From assembly GCA_963774955.1 (NCBI GenBank), contig CAVZGV010000003.1, forward strand, positions 469,695-533,694: 64,000 nucleotides of DNA. The letters are read 5' to 3'. Within the stretch, counting starts at the first letter, position 1, and the number at the start of each line of letters is the position of its first letter. Under the pieces are notes generated by a model. It did no database searches, was not told the origin of the DNA, and saw only the letters and a program-made list of their open reading frames with translations. The position numbers and the translations under genes are program-made. This stretch comes from Candidatus Falkowbacteria bacterium (GTDB taxonomy: Bacteria; Patescibacteriota; Patescibacteriia; CAIXNZ01). This document shows positions 39,770-48,559 of this stretch, piece by piece.

Positions 39770-41014
39770 TTATGGCAGGTATTCCAGTGGATTTACCGGT
39801 AAGCCGTTTAAGCGCACTTCAAAATGCAAATGAGGGCCTATGGTCATGCTGCCTGCGCCTTTGGTGCCGGGCATACCCCCGGTTAAGCCAATAACATCGC
39901 CTTTTTTAACATAACTGTCCTCTCTTACATAGATAGCGCTGACATGGCCGTAAACTGTCGATAAATCATTGTCATGAATCAAAATGATATAACTATATCC
40001 CAGACCTGCGTCTTTGGCTCTGGCAACATAGCCATCAGCCGGTGCGCTGATTTGTGAACCTTGTTTGGCTCTGATATCGATAGCCGGATGTTCATAAACG
40101 TAGCGAAAAGGATATTCCGGATCATGAAAATATGCCGTTATATAATGGCCTTCAACCGGCCAATCCAGAGTATTCGATGCCGTGGTCCCTGAATTTTTTA
40201 GTTTTTGAATTTTATCTTTAAGCTGGATCTGTAGATTTTTAATGTCATCATCAATTTGACTTTGTTTTTGTCGAGAATCTGCCAGCATTTTCTGAAATTG
40301 GATTTGAGAAGTTTTTGTTTCCATTAACACCATTTCCTTGGACAATTGGTCATCTTTAAGTTTAGACTGCTTTTCGCTAAGCTGGATTTTTAAACTTTCC
40401 AAATCAAGCATTTGTCTTTCTTTGTCAGCTTTGCGGACTTCAAGGCTCAGTTTTAAATCCTGTAATCTGTCCACGGCTTTTTGAATGTCGGCTTGAACAG
40501 ATTCCAAGTAATTTATCTGGTTGAAAAATTCTGAAAATGAATTATTTAAAATTAAAATTTCCAAATATGATTTCTGATCGTTTTGGGCTATTTGCCTGAT
40601 AAATTCCACCAAACTTGTTTTTTGGCTTTCAATTTCATTTTGTTCACTCGAGATCTGATATTCCATGGCTTGGATTTCCAGTTTGGTTTTATCTACCTGC
40701 ATTTGCAAGGTTTTCGCGTCCAGTTCGACTTTGAGTATCTGATTATCCAATAATCCCAGTTGATCTTTTAGATCAGCGGACTGTCCTTTGTATTCCTCAA
40801 TTTTTTGGGCGTATTCGGCCGCGGCTTTTTTGAGGTTTTCGATGCTAATTTTGTTGGCTTCAATTTTTTGATTAATTGCCTCTAATTCCGGATTATTTTG
40901 TTCCAGCATAAGATCTGTATTTGGTTGTTCATCTTGAGCAATTGAAAAACCAGCGCATAAAATAAATACGCCTAAAATTAGGAAAAAAATTGTTTTCCCG
41001 AGATAATGTTTCAT
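39770..41014 (-). CDS. Coiled-coil M23 family peptidase (EnvC/CwlO-like architecture)
   Basis: Signal peptide, long coiled coil, HPAIDI, YGHVS, GPHLHFEVR. Confidence 0.9.
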   Translation of the reverse strand: MKHYLGKTIFFLILGVFILCAGFSIAQDEQPNTDLMLEQNNPELEAINQKIEANKISIENLKKAAAEYAQKIEEYKGQSADLKDQLGLLDNQILKVELDAKTLQMQVDKTKLEIQAMEYQISSEQNEIESQKTSLVEFIRQIAQNDQKSYLEILILNNSFSEFFNQINYLESVQADIQKAVDRLQDLKLSLEVRKADKERQMLDLESLKIQLSEKQSKLKDDQLSKEMVLMETKTSQIQFQKMLADSRQKQSQIDDDIKNLQIQLKDKIQKLKNSGTTASNTLDWPVEGHYITAYFHDPEYPFRYVYEHPAIDIRAKQGSQISAPADGYVARAKDAGLGYSYIILIHDNDLSTVYGHVSAIYVREDSYVKKGDVIGLTGGMPGTKGAGSMTIGPHLHFEVRLNGLPVNPLEYLP

Positions 41015-41124
41015 CTGATCTAATTATAACACAAAAACCGGCCAGATTATAGAAATTCAGCCGGTTATGTGGATAAAAATGGACAAGTCTAAAGTACAAA
41101 GTCAAAAGTCAAAAGTTAGGAAGA

Positions 41125-42603
41125 TTATAATTTGGAGATGGCGTAGGCAATTCTTTCCAGTGTTACTTTTTTGCCCATGACCCAGGCAATTTCAAAGGGG
41201 CTGGGCGAATTTTGTTGACCTGATAAAGCTACCCTCATAGGCCAGAGTATATCCCCTACTCCGAGGTTATTTTCTTTGATCCAGGGCATAATTTTTTCTT
41301 CCAGAGATTTGATTGTTTTAAAATCTGAATCCTTGAAGGTCTGAATAAAAGTCATCAATTTACCGATATTTTCCTTGGTTTGGGCTGCAGTTGATTTTTT
41401 CCAGACTAAAAGTTCAGGCTGATAAGTAATTTCCTGGGTGATCAGGAAATTTATATTTTGCGTGATATCTCCCAGTTTTTTAAGTCTTTCCTGACTAATT
41501 GTCACGATTTTTTCGGCTAATTCTTGGGAAATATCAGGCTGAACCTGTTTTAAATACGGCAGACAAAGTTCAGTTAAATCTTGAATTGATTTAGCTTTAA
41601 TATAATGGGCATTAATCCAGTCCAGTTTATCCAGATTAAAAACCGCTCCAGATTTAGATAAGCGAGTGATATTAAACTTTTTAATTAAATCTTCAAGTGA
41701 GTAAATTTCTTGTTCATTACCTGCTTCTTCATTCCAGCCTATGGTGGCAATAAAATTTATCAAAGCTTCCTTTAAGTAACCCTTTTGCAGAAAATCTTCA
41801 ACTGCCACATCGCCTTTACGTTTGCTCAGTTTTGTACGGTCGGGATTAAGCAATAATGAAAGATGAGCAAAATATGGTATTTCCCAACCAAAATATTTAT
41901 ATAAGAGCAGGTGTTTTGGTGTAGAAGATAACCAGTCATCACCACGTATAACATGTGAAATTTGCATTAAATGATCATCAACAACAACTGCTAAATGATA
42001 AGTCGGGTAACCATCTGATTTAATCAACACCTGATCATCTAGATCATTAGAATTAAATGAAACATCGCCCCTGATTAAATCATGGAAATTAATAGTCTCA
42101 TCATTAGAAATTTTCATCCGCATGACATAGGGCAATTTGGCGTCAAGTTTTGTTTTAATTTCCTCGGAAGTTAAGTTACGGCAAGTGCGGTCGTATTTTG
42201 GCGGTTGGTTGTTTTTTTGCTGCTCTGCCCTCATTGTGTCTAATCGTTCCGGGGTGCAAAAGCAATGATAAGCATGACCTTTTTCTATTAATTCCTGGGC
42301 TTGCTTCTGGTAGATGTCTAATCGTTGTGATTGTATGTATGGTCCGAATTTACCTTTGGTTTCAATTTTACCGTTTTTCAAAATTGGCCCTTCATCATAA
42401 ACAAAACCCATATTGGTAATTGTTTGCAACAGTGCTTCTTTAGCCCCAGGCAGCTCCCTTTTCTTATCAGTATCTTCGATGCGTAATAAAAATTCACCTT
42501 TATTTTGTTTGGCAAAAATATAGGCAAAGATCATAATTTCCAAGCCGCCGACATGGAGATAGCCGGTCGGACTGGGCGCGAATCTGGTTCTGACTTGTTT
42601 CAT
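41125..42603 (-). CDS. gltX: Glutamate--tRNA ligase
   Basis: RFAPSPTGYLHVG, LRIEDTD, VIRGDDW, KLSKR. Confidence 0.96.
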   Translation of the reverse strand: MKQVRTRFAPSPTGYLHVGGLEIMIFAYIFAKQNKGEFLLRIEDTDKKRELPGAKEALLQTITNMGFVYDEGPILKNGKIETKGKFGPYIQSQRLDIYQKQAQELIEKGHAYHCFCTPERLDTMRAEQQKNNQPPKYDRTCRNLTSEEIKTKLDAKLPYVMRMKISNDETINFHDLIRGDVSFNSNDLDDQVLIKSDGYPTYHLAVVVDDHLMQISHVIRGDDWLSSTPKHLLLYKYFGWEIPYFAHLSLLLNPDRTKLSKRKGDVAVEDFLQKGYLKEALINFIATIGWNEEAGNEQEIYSLEDLIKKFNITRLSKSGAVFNLDKLDWINAHYIKAKSIQDLTELCLPYLKQVQPDISQELAEKIVTISQERLKKLGDITQNINFLITQEITYQPELLVWKKSTAAQTKENIGKLMTFIQTFKDSDFKTIKSLEEKIMPWIKENNLGVGDILWPMRVALSGQQNSPSPFEIAWVMGKKVTLERIAYAISKL

Positions 42604-42607
42604 AAAT

Positions 42608-43795
42608 TTATAAATAGTCTTTAAAATTATCTAAACCGATTTGAATTAGTTCTCGTCTTTGTGGGGAAGCGACATTTAAAATATTGGTCTTATCTACCCA
42701 CTGCCAAGCTGAGTGTTCATGCAGATCAAGGACAATATCAGAATCTTGCCCTATAAATTTTAATAAAAATAAAGTTTGAATTTGGCCGACATATTTATCC
42801 TGATTCCAGCGTGAATTGTTTCTAGGGAATTTATATTTATGGCAGTTTTTAATAAATTTAACAATTTCAAATTTATCAGTTCCAAGCTCCTGCTGCATTT
42901 CTCGGCAAATAGCCTCTTTATATTCACTATCTGATTTGGCATTCTTAGCGCCACCCTGAGGAAATTTCCATTCATTGGTTTTTGAATGTTTGCCTAAAAA
43001 TATTTGCTTTTGATCATTTATGATAAATCCTGCTACATTTTTACGGTAAGTAAACTCATTGCAAACTCGCCAATAAATACAGACTAATGGGAATAGTATA
43101 ACAGCTTTAAAGATTCTTTTCCAGCGCCAGGGTTCCTGGATTAAGCGCCACAGCCATTCTAAGCCTATTTTGCGCCATGATTGCGGTGCTCGCTTAATTT
43201 CTTCAGCTAAAAAGTCTATTGTCCCCCCCACCCCGATCATAATCTTTGTCTTGATTTTATGAAGATTATTAGCCATAAAATACTCTTGCTTGGGTGCGCC
43301 GAGGCAAGTAAAAATTATATCCGGTGCAATATTATTAATCTGGCTAATTAGGTTACTTTGATCGCTAATTCCTTGGCTGTCAAAATTACCTCCGTTTAAA
43401 TAGGAAATTTTTAATTTCGGGTATTTATAACTGCATAACGCAAGGGTTCGCTCCCCGACTTCCGTGACTCCACCCAGAATTAACACTGAGTAATTTTTTT
43501 GTTCAGACAATTTAATAAGTTCAATCGCCAAATCTGAACCGGTTGTAATATTGTTCAGTTGTGAACCTAAGATTTTAGCACCGACTTTCAGACCAAACCC
43601 GTCAGGAATTGAAAGTAATGATTTTTGGTGAAGACGGCGAAAAGGTTTATCCTTGTAGCCTAGGAGACAAATCTCGGGATTTGGTGTGGTAATATAGCCA
43701 TGGCGATCAGATGACAAAAAATCAGCAATTATTTTAATTGCTTCTTGTAGAGAAACGTCAGTAATTTTTGTGCCTAAAATGTAGATTTCTTTCAT
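42608..43795 (-). CDS. WecB/TagA/CpsF glycosyltransferase fused to C-terminal RppH-like Nudix hydrolase
   Basis: TPNPE, PDG, LGAPKQE, GVGG, GLEWLWRL..EPWRWKR; then FPQGG...AICREMQQELG. Confidence 0.85.
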   Translation of the reverse strand: MKEIYILGTKITDVSLQEAIKIIADFLSSDRHGYITTPNPEICLLGYKDKPFRRLHQKSLLSIPDGFGLKVGAKILGSQLNNITTGSDLAIELIKLSEQKNYSVLILGGVTEVGERTLALCSYKYPKLKISYLNGGNFDSQGISDQSNLISQINNIAPDIIFTCLGAPKQEYFMANNLHKIKTKIMIGVGGTIDFLAEEIKRAPQSWRKIGLEWLWRLIQEPWRWKRIFKAVILFPLVCIYWRVCNEFTYRKNVAGFIINDQKQIFLGKHSKTNEWKFPQGGAKNAKSDSEYKEAICREMQQELGTDKFEIVKFIKNCHKYKFPRNNSRWNQDKYVGQIQTLFLLKFIGQDSDIVLDLHEHSAWQWVDKTNILNVASPQRRELIQIGLDNFKDYL

Positions 43796-43882
43796 AATTA
43801 GTTAAATTATAGCATAATTTGGTATTTTTTCAATAAAAAAAGCGGTCTATATTGCAGGCCGCTTAAATATAAGACTTTGAAG

Positions 43883-45298
43883 TTAATAAATTTTTACCTG
43901 TGTGCCCACCTTGGACCAGTCATAAAGCCATTTAGCATCCGATAATTTTAAATTAACGCAACCGTGGGAAACTCTGGTGCCGAATTTCCAGTGCCAATAA
44001 GCGCCGTGAATGGCGTAATCACGATAAAAATACATGACACTAGGGACATTGGGCAGATCGTAATTATCAGGATTATCTGGCCCGTAATATCTGGCCATAT
44101 TTGTTTTGGGTAATTTGGTTAAAATTTTATAACTGCCTACAGGCGTCGGAAATTTCCATTTGCCTGTGGAAATTATAAAATCCTTAATGGCTGCACCTTT
44201 AAATAACGCGTAAAGATGCTGTTTGCTTAGATCAATGGTAATTTGTTTGTAGTTGCCGTATTGATTTAGCGGTGAAATTGTTTGGGTTGCGACCAGCAGT
44301 TCGGTTCGTTGATCATTATTAATATCGAAAGCCGACACAGATAAACCGCCTTTAAAATCAGGATAAGTAAAAAATTTGGGATTTATTTTATTCTTACCAG
44401 TCAGGTCAAAAAATCTGACATGCGCTCCCCCGCTAAAACCAGCTCCGGTTATTAAGTCAGTTACGTGATCATTATCAATATCTGCCGCAGCCAAATTAAC
44501 GCCGCCGCCAAAACCGGGATCATAGGCATAGAATAGCCTGATTAAATTACCATCATAATCAAAGGCACGAATTTCCGGAGCATAACCGGTATTGGGCGCA
44601 ACCAGAATTTCAGCTTTTTGGTCATTATTAAAATCAACAGCCAAGACATTAACACCGTTTTTATAATTTTTATCAAAGACAGGAAACGACTTAATGAAAT
44701 TGCCATAGTTATCAAAAATTTTAATCACGGATTCTTGTTCATAACCGGCACCGACAATTATTTCTGTTTGGCCGTCATTATTGACATCTGCGGCTGCTAG
44801 GTTCACGCCACCGGTTATGGCTTGATCAAAAGCATAAAAATTAAATATTGGTTTGCCTGTAGCCGTAAAGATTTTTATCTGACTGGAACCAGTTTCCAAC
44901 TGTGACACCAAGATTTCCATATTGTTGGCATGATATAAATCAGCGACTATAACTCTAACCCCACCAGTGTAATTTTCTTCATAAGCCAAAAACTCCCTTA
45001 GCCATTGGCCGTTTGAATCAAAGATTTTAACCAGCGGCTTCTCATTACTGCCGGCGCCGATAACAATTTCACCCAGGTTATCATTATTGAGATCGGCTGC
45101 CGCAATACTTAAACCCAAAACACCCGAAGTATCAGGAAAAGGAAAAAAATCTTTTTTCAGTTCACCGGTTAACGGATTAAAAATCCTGACTGAAGGCCTG
45201 ATTATTTTAGTTGTTTCCGGTTTAGTTGTATTTACAGCCGCAAAAGTACTAAGCGGAAATATTAACAAACAAATTATTGTAACTAAATATTTTTGCAT
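43883..45298 (-). CDS. FG-GAP/VCBS-repeat protein with C-terminal L,D-transpeptidase (YkuD)
   Basis: Repeated AADxNNDGxxEI; IDLSKQ, ISTG...TPVG, IHGAYW...SHGCVNL. Confidence 0.88.
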   Translation of the reverse strand: MQKYLVTIICLLIFPLSTFAAVNTTKPETTKIIRPSVRIFNPLTGELKKDFFPFPDTSGVLGLSIAAADLNNDNLGEIVIGAGSNEKPLVKIFDSNGQWLREFLAYEENYTGGVRVIVADLYHANNMEILVSQLETGSSQIKIFTATGKPIFNFYAFDQAITGGVNLAAADVNNDGQTEIIVGAGYEQESVIKIFDNYGNFIKSFPVFDKNYKNGVNVLAVDFNNDQKAEILVAPNTGYAPEIRAFDYDGNLIRLFYAYDPGFGGGVNLAAADIDNDHVTDLITGAGFSGGAHVRFFDLTGKNKINPKFFTYPDFKGGLSVSAFDINNDQRTELLVATQTISPLNQYGNYKQITIDLSKQHLYALFKGAAIKDFIISTGKWKFPTPVGSYKILTKLPKTNMARYYGPDNPDNYDLPNVPSVMYFYRDYAIHGAYWHWKFGTRVSHGCVNLKLSDAKWLYDWSKVGTQVKIY

Positions 45299-45431
45299 AA
45301 TGAGTATTATAATTAAAATTTAGTGTAAATATAAGCTATAATTTGATTACGGTTATAATATATCAATTTTTACAATTAGTAAAATCAGAAAGTTGATTTT
45401 ATTGAAATAGTTGATATGTTATAATTATACC

Positions 45432-46445
45432 ATGAATTTAGCTCAGTTTTGGACAATAAATCAAGATAAGATTCAATGTCAGCTTTGTAACCATTATTGC
45501 CTGATCAGCGAGGGCCAGACCGGTATTTGCGCTGTGAGGAAAAATATTGAGGGTAAGCTGTATTCTTTGGTTTACGGCAAAGTCATTGCTGCCAATATTG
45601 ATCCGATTGAGAAAAAGCCGCTGTTTCATTTTTTGCCTGGCAGTTTAAGCTATTCAGTGGCCACAGTGGGTTGCAATTTTAGATGCGCTCATTGCCAAAA
45701 TGCGGATATTTCGCAACTGGCTGAACAGACCTTTGGGACTGATTTTATTCCTGGCCGAGATAGCACGCCTGAAGAAATTGTGATCCAAGCACAAGCCAGT
45801 GGTTGTCATTCCCTTGCTTATACCTACACCGAACCGACAATCTTTGCTGAATTTGCTCTTGATTGTATGAAATTAGCAAAAGTAGTAGGACTAAAAAATA
45901 TCTGGGTATCCAACGGCTATACTGCCAAAGAAGCCTGGCCCCAGATACTTCCCTATTTGGATGCCATTAATGTTGATTTGAAATTTTTCATCAATGAAAC
46001 ATATCTGAAAATTTGCGGGGCCAAACTGCAGCCGGTTTTGGATAATTTAAAATTACTGTACCAGAATAAAATTCATCTGGAAATTACAACTCTGATTATC
46101 CCTGGCTTAAATAATTCGGATGAAGAATTAATGAATATTGCTAAATTTATAAGCAGAGAACTTAGTCCTGATGTCCCCTGGCATGTATCCCGCTTTTTTC
46201 CGCAATATAAACTACAGGATCTGAATCCGACCGCTGAGGATTTAATTTATAAAGCTATGTCAGTCGGCAAAGAGGCGGGTTTAAAATATGTTTACGGCGG
46301 TAATGTCACTAGCCAAGGTTTAGAAAATACTTATTGTCCCCAGTGCGGCGAATTAATTATTGTTAGGCAAGGTTACAAGATTAAAAGATTTGACAACAAG
46401 GGGAAATGTCCTGGTTGCAGAATTAAAATAGAATTTATAAATTAA
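45432..46445 (+). CDS. amrS: AmmeMemoRadiSam system radical SAM enzyme
   Basis: CQLCNHYC, IDPIEKKPLFHF, GCNFRCAHCQN, YTYTEP. Confidence 0.93.
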   Translation: MNLAQFWTINQDKIQCQLCNHYCLISEGQTGICAVRKNIEGKLYSLVYGKVIAANIDPIEKKPLFHFLPGSLSYSVATVGCNFRCAHCQNADISQLAEQTFGTDFIPGRDSTPEEIVIQAQASGCHSLAYTYTEPTIFAEFALDCMKLAKVVGLKNIWVSNGYTAKEAWPQILPYLDAINVDLKFFINETYLKICGAKLQPVLDNLKLLYQNKIHLEITTLIIPGLNNSDEELMNIAKFISRELSPDVPWHVSRFFPQYKLQDLNPTAEDLIYKAMSVGKEAGLKYVYGGNVTSQGLENTYCPQCGELIIVRQGYKIKRFDNKGKCPGCRIKIEFIN

Positions 46446-46453
46446 GATATTTT

Positions 46454-46481
46454 AAAACCCGAGAATTTCTTCCCGGGTTTT
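46454..46481. terminator. Bidirectional terminator
   Basis: AAAACCCG...CGGGTTTT between convergent genes. Confidence 0.65.
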
Positions 46482-46485
46482 ATTG

Positions 46486-48312
46486 TCAGCTTGGTATGCT
46501 GACAACTTTGTTAAACTTTGATTTTTTAGATTCAGCCAGGGAATCAAAGTTTTTGAGACGGAAATCAGCGATTTCATAGATGTAGTAATCAGGCTGATTG
46601 GTTGCCGTGGGGTCTTTAGTTATCGACAGGTTGACCACGTAGATGTTATAAGCGGCTTGTTCCTGCTGGTAACCTTTTACCTGGAAATGATTCGGTGATT
46701 CGTCAAAGTCAACTCCGTCAAAGAAAATGCTGCTGATGAGCTGATAAGTATTTTCGGAAATGAGAATGTGACCGATCTGACAACTGGCTTCCATCCGATT
46801 GGCCAGATTGGTGGTTTCACCGATAGAAGTGTATTCCAGTTTCAGATCACTGCCAATGGCGCCGGCAATAACATTTCCGGAGTTAATGCCGACTCTCATT
46901 TCCAGGACTGTTTTGCCCTGCTGTTTACGCTGAGCGTTAAATAGGCGTAAGCTTTTCTGCATTTCAATGGCGCAAGCAACCGCTTTTTCCGCATGGTTGT
47001 CCAAAAGTACCGGCGCACCAAAAATGACTACAATCGCATCGCCGATATATTTGTCAGGAAACCCGCCCCATTTTTTAATGATGGGGATAAGAATGTCAAA
47101 ATAGTCATTAAGCAATCTGACAATGTCCTCAGGTTTCATGTTTTGGGTAATGGTGGAAAAACCGGCAAAGTCAGTAAATAAATTACTGACCTCGATATTT
47201 TGTCCGCCTAAAACCAAACCATGTTTGGCTGCTTGTTCAGCCAATTCCTTAGACAGGAGTTTTTCCAGCGTTTGCTTCATGTTCAAGCGTTCTTTGAGAT
47301 TGGTAATCATCAGGTTGAAAAAATTTATCAGCTTGATAAATTCAACACTTCCTGATTTTGGGACCTGATGTTCAAAATTACCCTGCATAATTGCTTCAGT
47401 GCCGCTAACCAAATCATGAATCGGACGTGACAGGTAAAGACTCAGCCTTGATGTCATCAGGATAATCCCCAGAATAATTAGCAGACTGATCACCATTAAG
47501 CTGATAGCAATGTTGACCATCATTTTTTTAATGACGACAGCATCAAGGTCCAGGGCAAATACATTGTATTGGCCACCTTGTTTGCTGGCTAGCCAAACAG
47601 AAAACCAAGTCCCCCACTCATCAGTATTGAACTTGGGAAAAATGTGCCAGACATAATGCCTGGGATCATGGTCAAAGCCTGTTCCTTGCTGTAAATAATT
47701 GCGGAAATACGGACAGTCATTGGCAACAACGTCATATTCCTGGCCAGGATAAGTGCTTTCAAACCAGCTGGAACCATCCAGCAAGAAACAGAGCTTAGTG
47801 ACATCATCAACCATAATGTAAGCATCATCAAAGATAAAACCGGCTGATTCAGCTGATTTTATTTTGTTGCTTAGGACTTGTTTGTATTGCCTGAAAACAA
47901 AAAGTAATTCAGGTTGAATAAAGAATTGTTCTTGCCAGAATTTGAAGGCCGTCTGTAATTGCTGATAGTCAAATTCCCGGTCTTGGTCATTTTCGCTGAG
48001 GATTTTTTCAATTTCTTGCCGCCTTAATAATTGGTCACGTTCCATGATCTGCCCAAAGGCAAGGGTTAAGTAATCGTCTTCGGGCTTGTCAGTAAGCTCT
48101 GAAATCCTCAGGGCAAAATTATTCATCTGCCTTAAATCATCAGGAGCGAATTTTGTTTCCATATCGGAAACCACAATATTGCCCCGTAAAATCAATTGAT
48201 CCAATGCTTGCCAGGGCCGTTGTGCTTCGATAACTAATACCGGCAAAGCAATAATTGAAACCAATACAAGACCAAACATGACCAGTTGCTTCCTAAAAGA
48301 ATTTGTTTTCAT
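46486..48312 (-). CDS. Class III adenylate/guanylate cyclase with extracellular sensor and HAMP domain
   Basis: Two TMs, HAMP, FTDFAGFS, DKYIGDAI, RVGINSG, EYTSIGETTNLANRME; SD GGAGG. Confidence 0.92.
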   Translation of the reverse strand: MKTNSFRKQLVMFGLVLVSIIALPVLVIEAQRPWQALDQLILRGNIVVSDMETKFAPDDLRQMNNFALRISELTDKPEDDYLTLAFGQIMERDQLLRRQEIEKILSENDQDREFDYQQLQTAFKFWQEQFFIQPELLFVFRQYKQVLSNKIKSAESAGFIFDDAYIMVDDVTKLCFLLDGSSWFESTYPGQEYDVVANDCPYFRNYLQQGTGFDHDPRHYVWHIFPKFNTDEWGTWFSVWLASKQGGQYNVFALDLDAVVIKKMMVNIAISLMVISLLIILGIILMTSRLSLYLSRPIHDLVSGTEAIMQGNFEHQVPKSGSVEFIKLINFFNLMITNLKERLNMKQTLEKLLSKELAEQAAKHGLVLGGQNIEVSNLFTDFAGFSTITQNMKPEDIVRLLNDYFDILIPIIKKWGGFPDKYIGDAIVVIFGAPVLLDNHAEKAVACAIEMQKSLRLFNAQRKQQGKTVLEMRVGINSGNVIAGAIGSDLKLEYTSIGETTNLANRMEASCQIGHILISENTYQLISSIFFDGVDFDESPNHFQVKGYQQEQAAYNIYVVNLSITKDPTATNQPDYYIYEIADFRLKNFDSLAESKKSKFNKVVSIPS

Positions 48313-48419
48313 TACAAGCCTCCATAAAATAGATTTTAAAAAGAACTAAGATATCCACTGATTATTTGAAATTACTAAAAAAGCTAGGTTTTGTCAAGAT
48401 TTGTCAACTTTTCCTTGCC

Positions 48420-48448
48420 TTGACATTTGGAATATATTTTAATATACT
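48420..48448 (+). promoter_or_regulatory. Sigma70 promoter of clpB
   Basis: TTGACA-17 bp-TATACT. Confidence 0.8.
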
Positions 48449-48452
48449 ATAT

Positions 48453-48479
48453 TTAGCACTCTATATTGACGAGTGCTAA
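48453..48479 (+). promoter_or_regulatory. CIRCE element (HrcA operator)
   Basis: Perfect TTAGCACTC-N9-GAGTGCTAA upstream of clpB. Confidence 0.95.
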
Positions 48480-48500
48480 GATTTCAACCTACTGAAATCT

Positions 48501-48531
48501 GTGCCGCAAAGCGGCATCCCGCTGCGCGGGG
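48501..48531. repeat. REP-like double hairpin in the clpB leader
   Basis: TGCCGC-AAA-GCGGCA followed by TCCCGC-TGC-GCGGGG; same design as 22419-22449. Confidence 0.65.
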
Positions 48532-48559
48532 TAATCTTAAATCCTAAATCTGTATATAT

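Noticed and set aside
42520-42570. Non-canonical residues after the GluRS HIGH motif (HVGGLEIMIFAY)
   Set aside because: All other GluRS motifs are normal and no compensating frameshift is evident; treated as lineage divergence.
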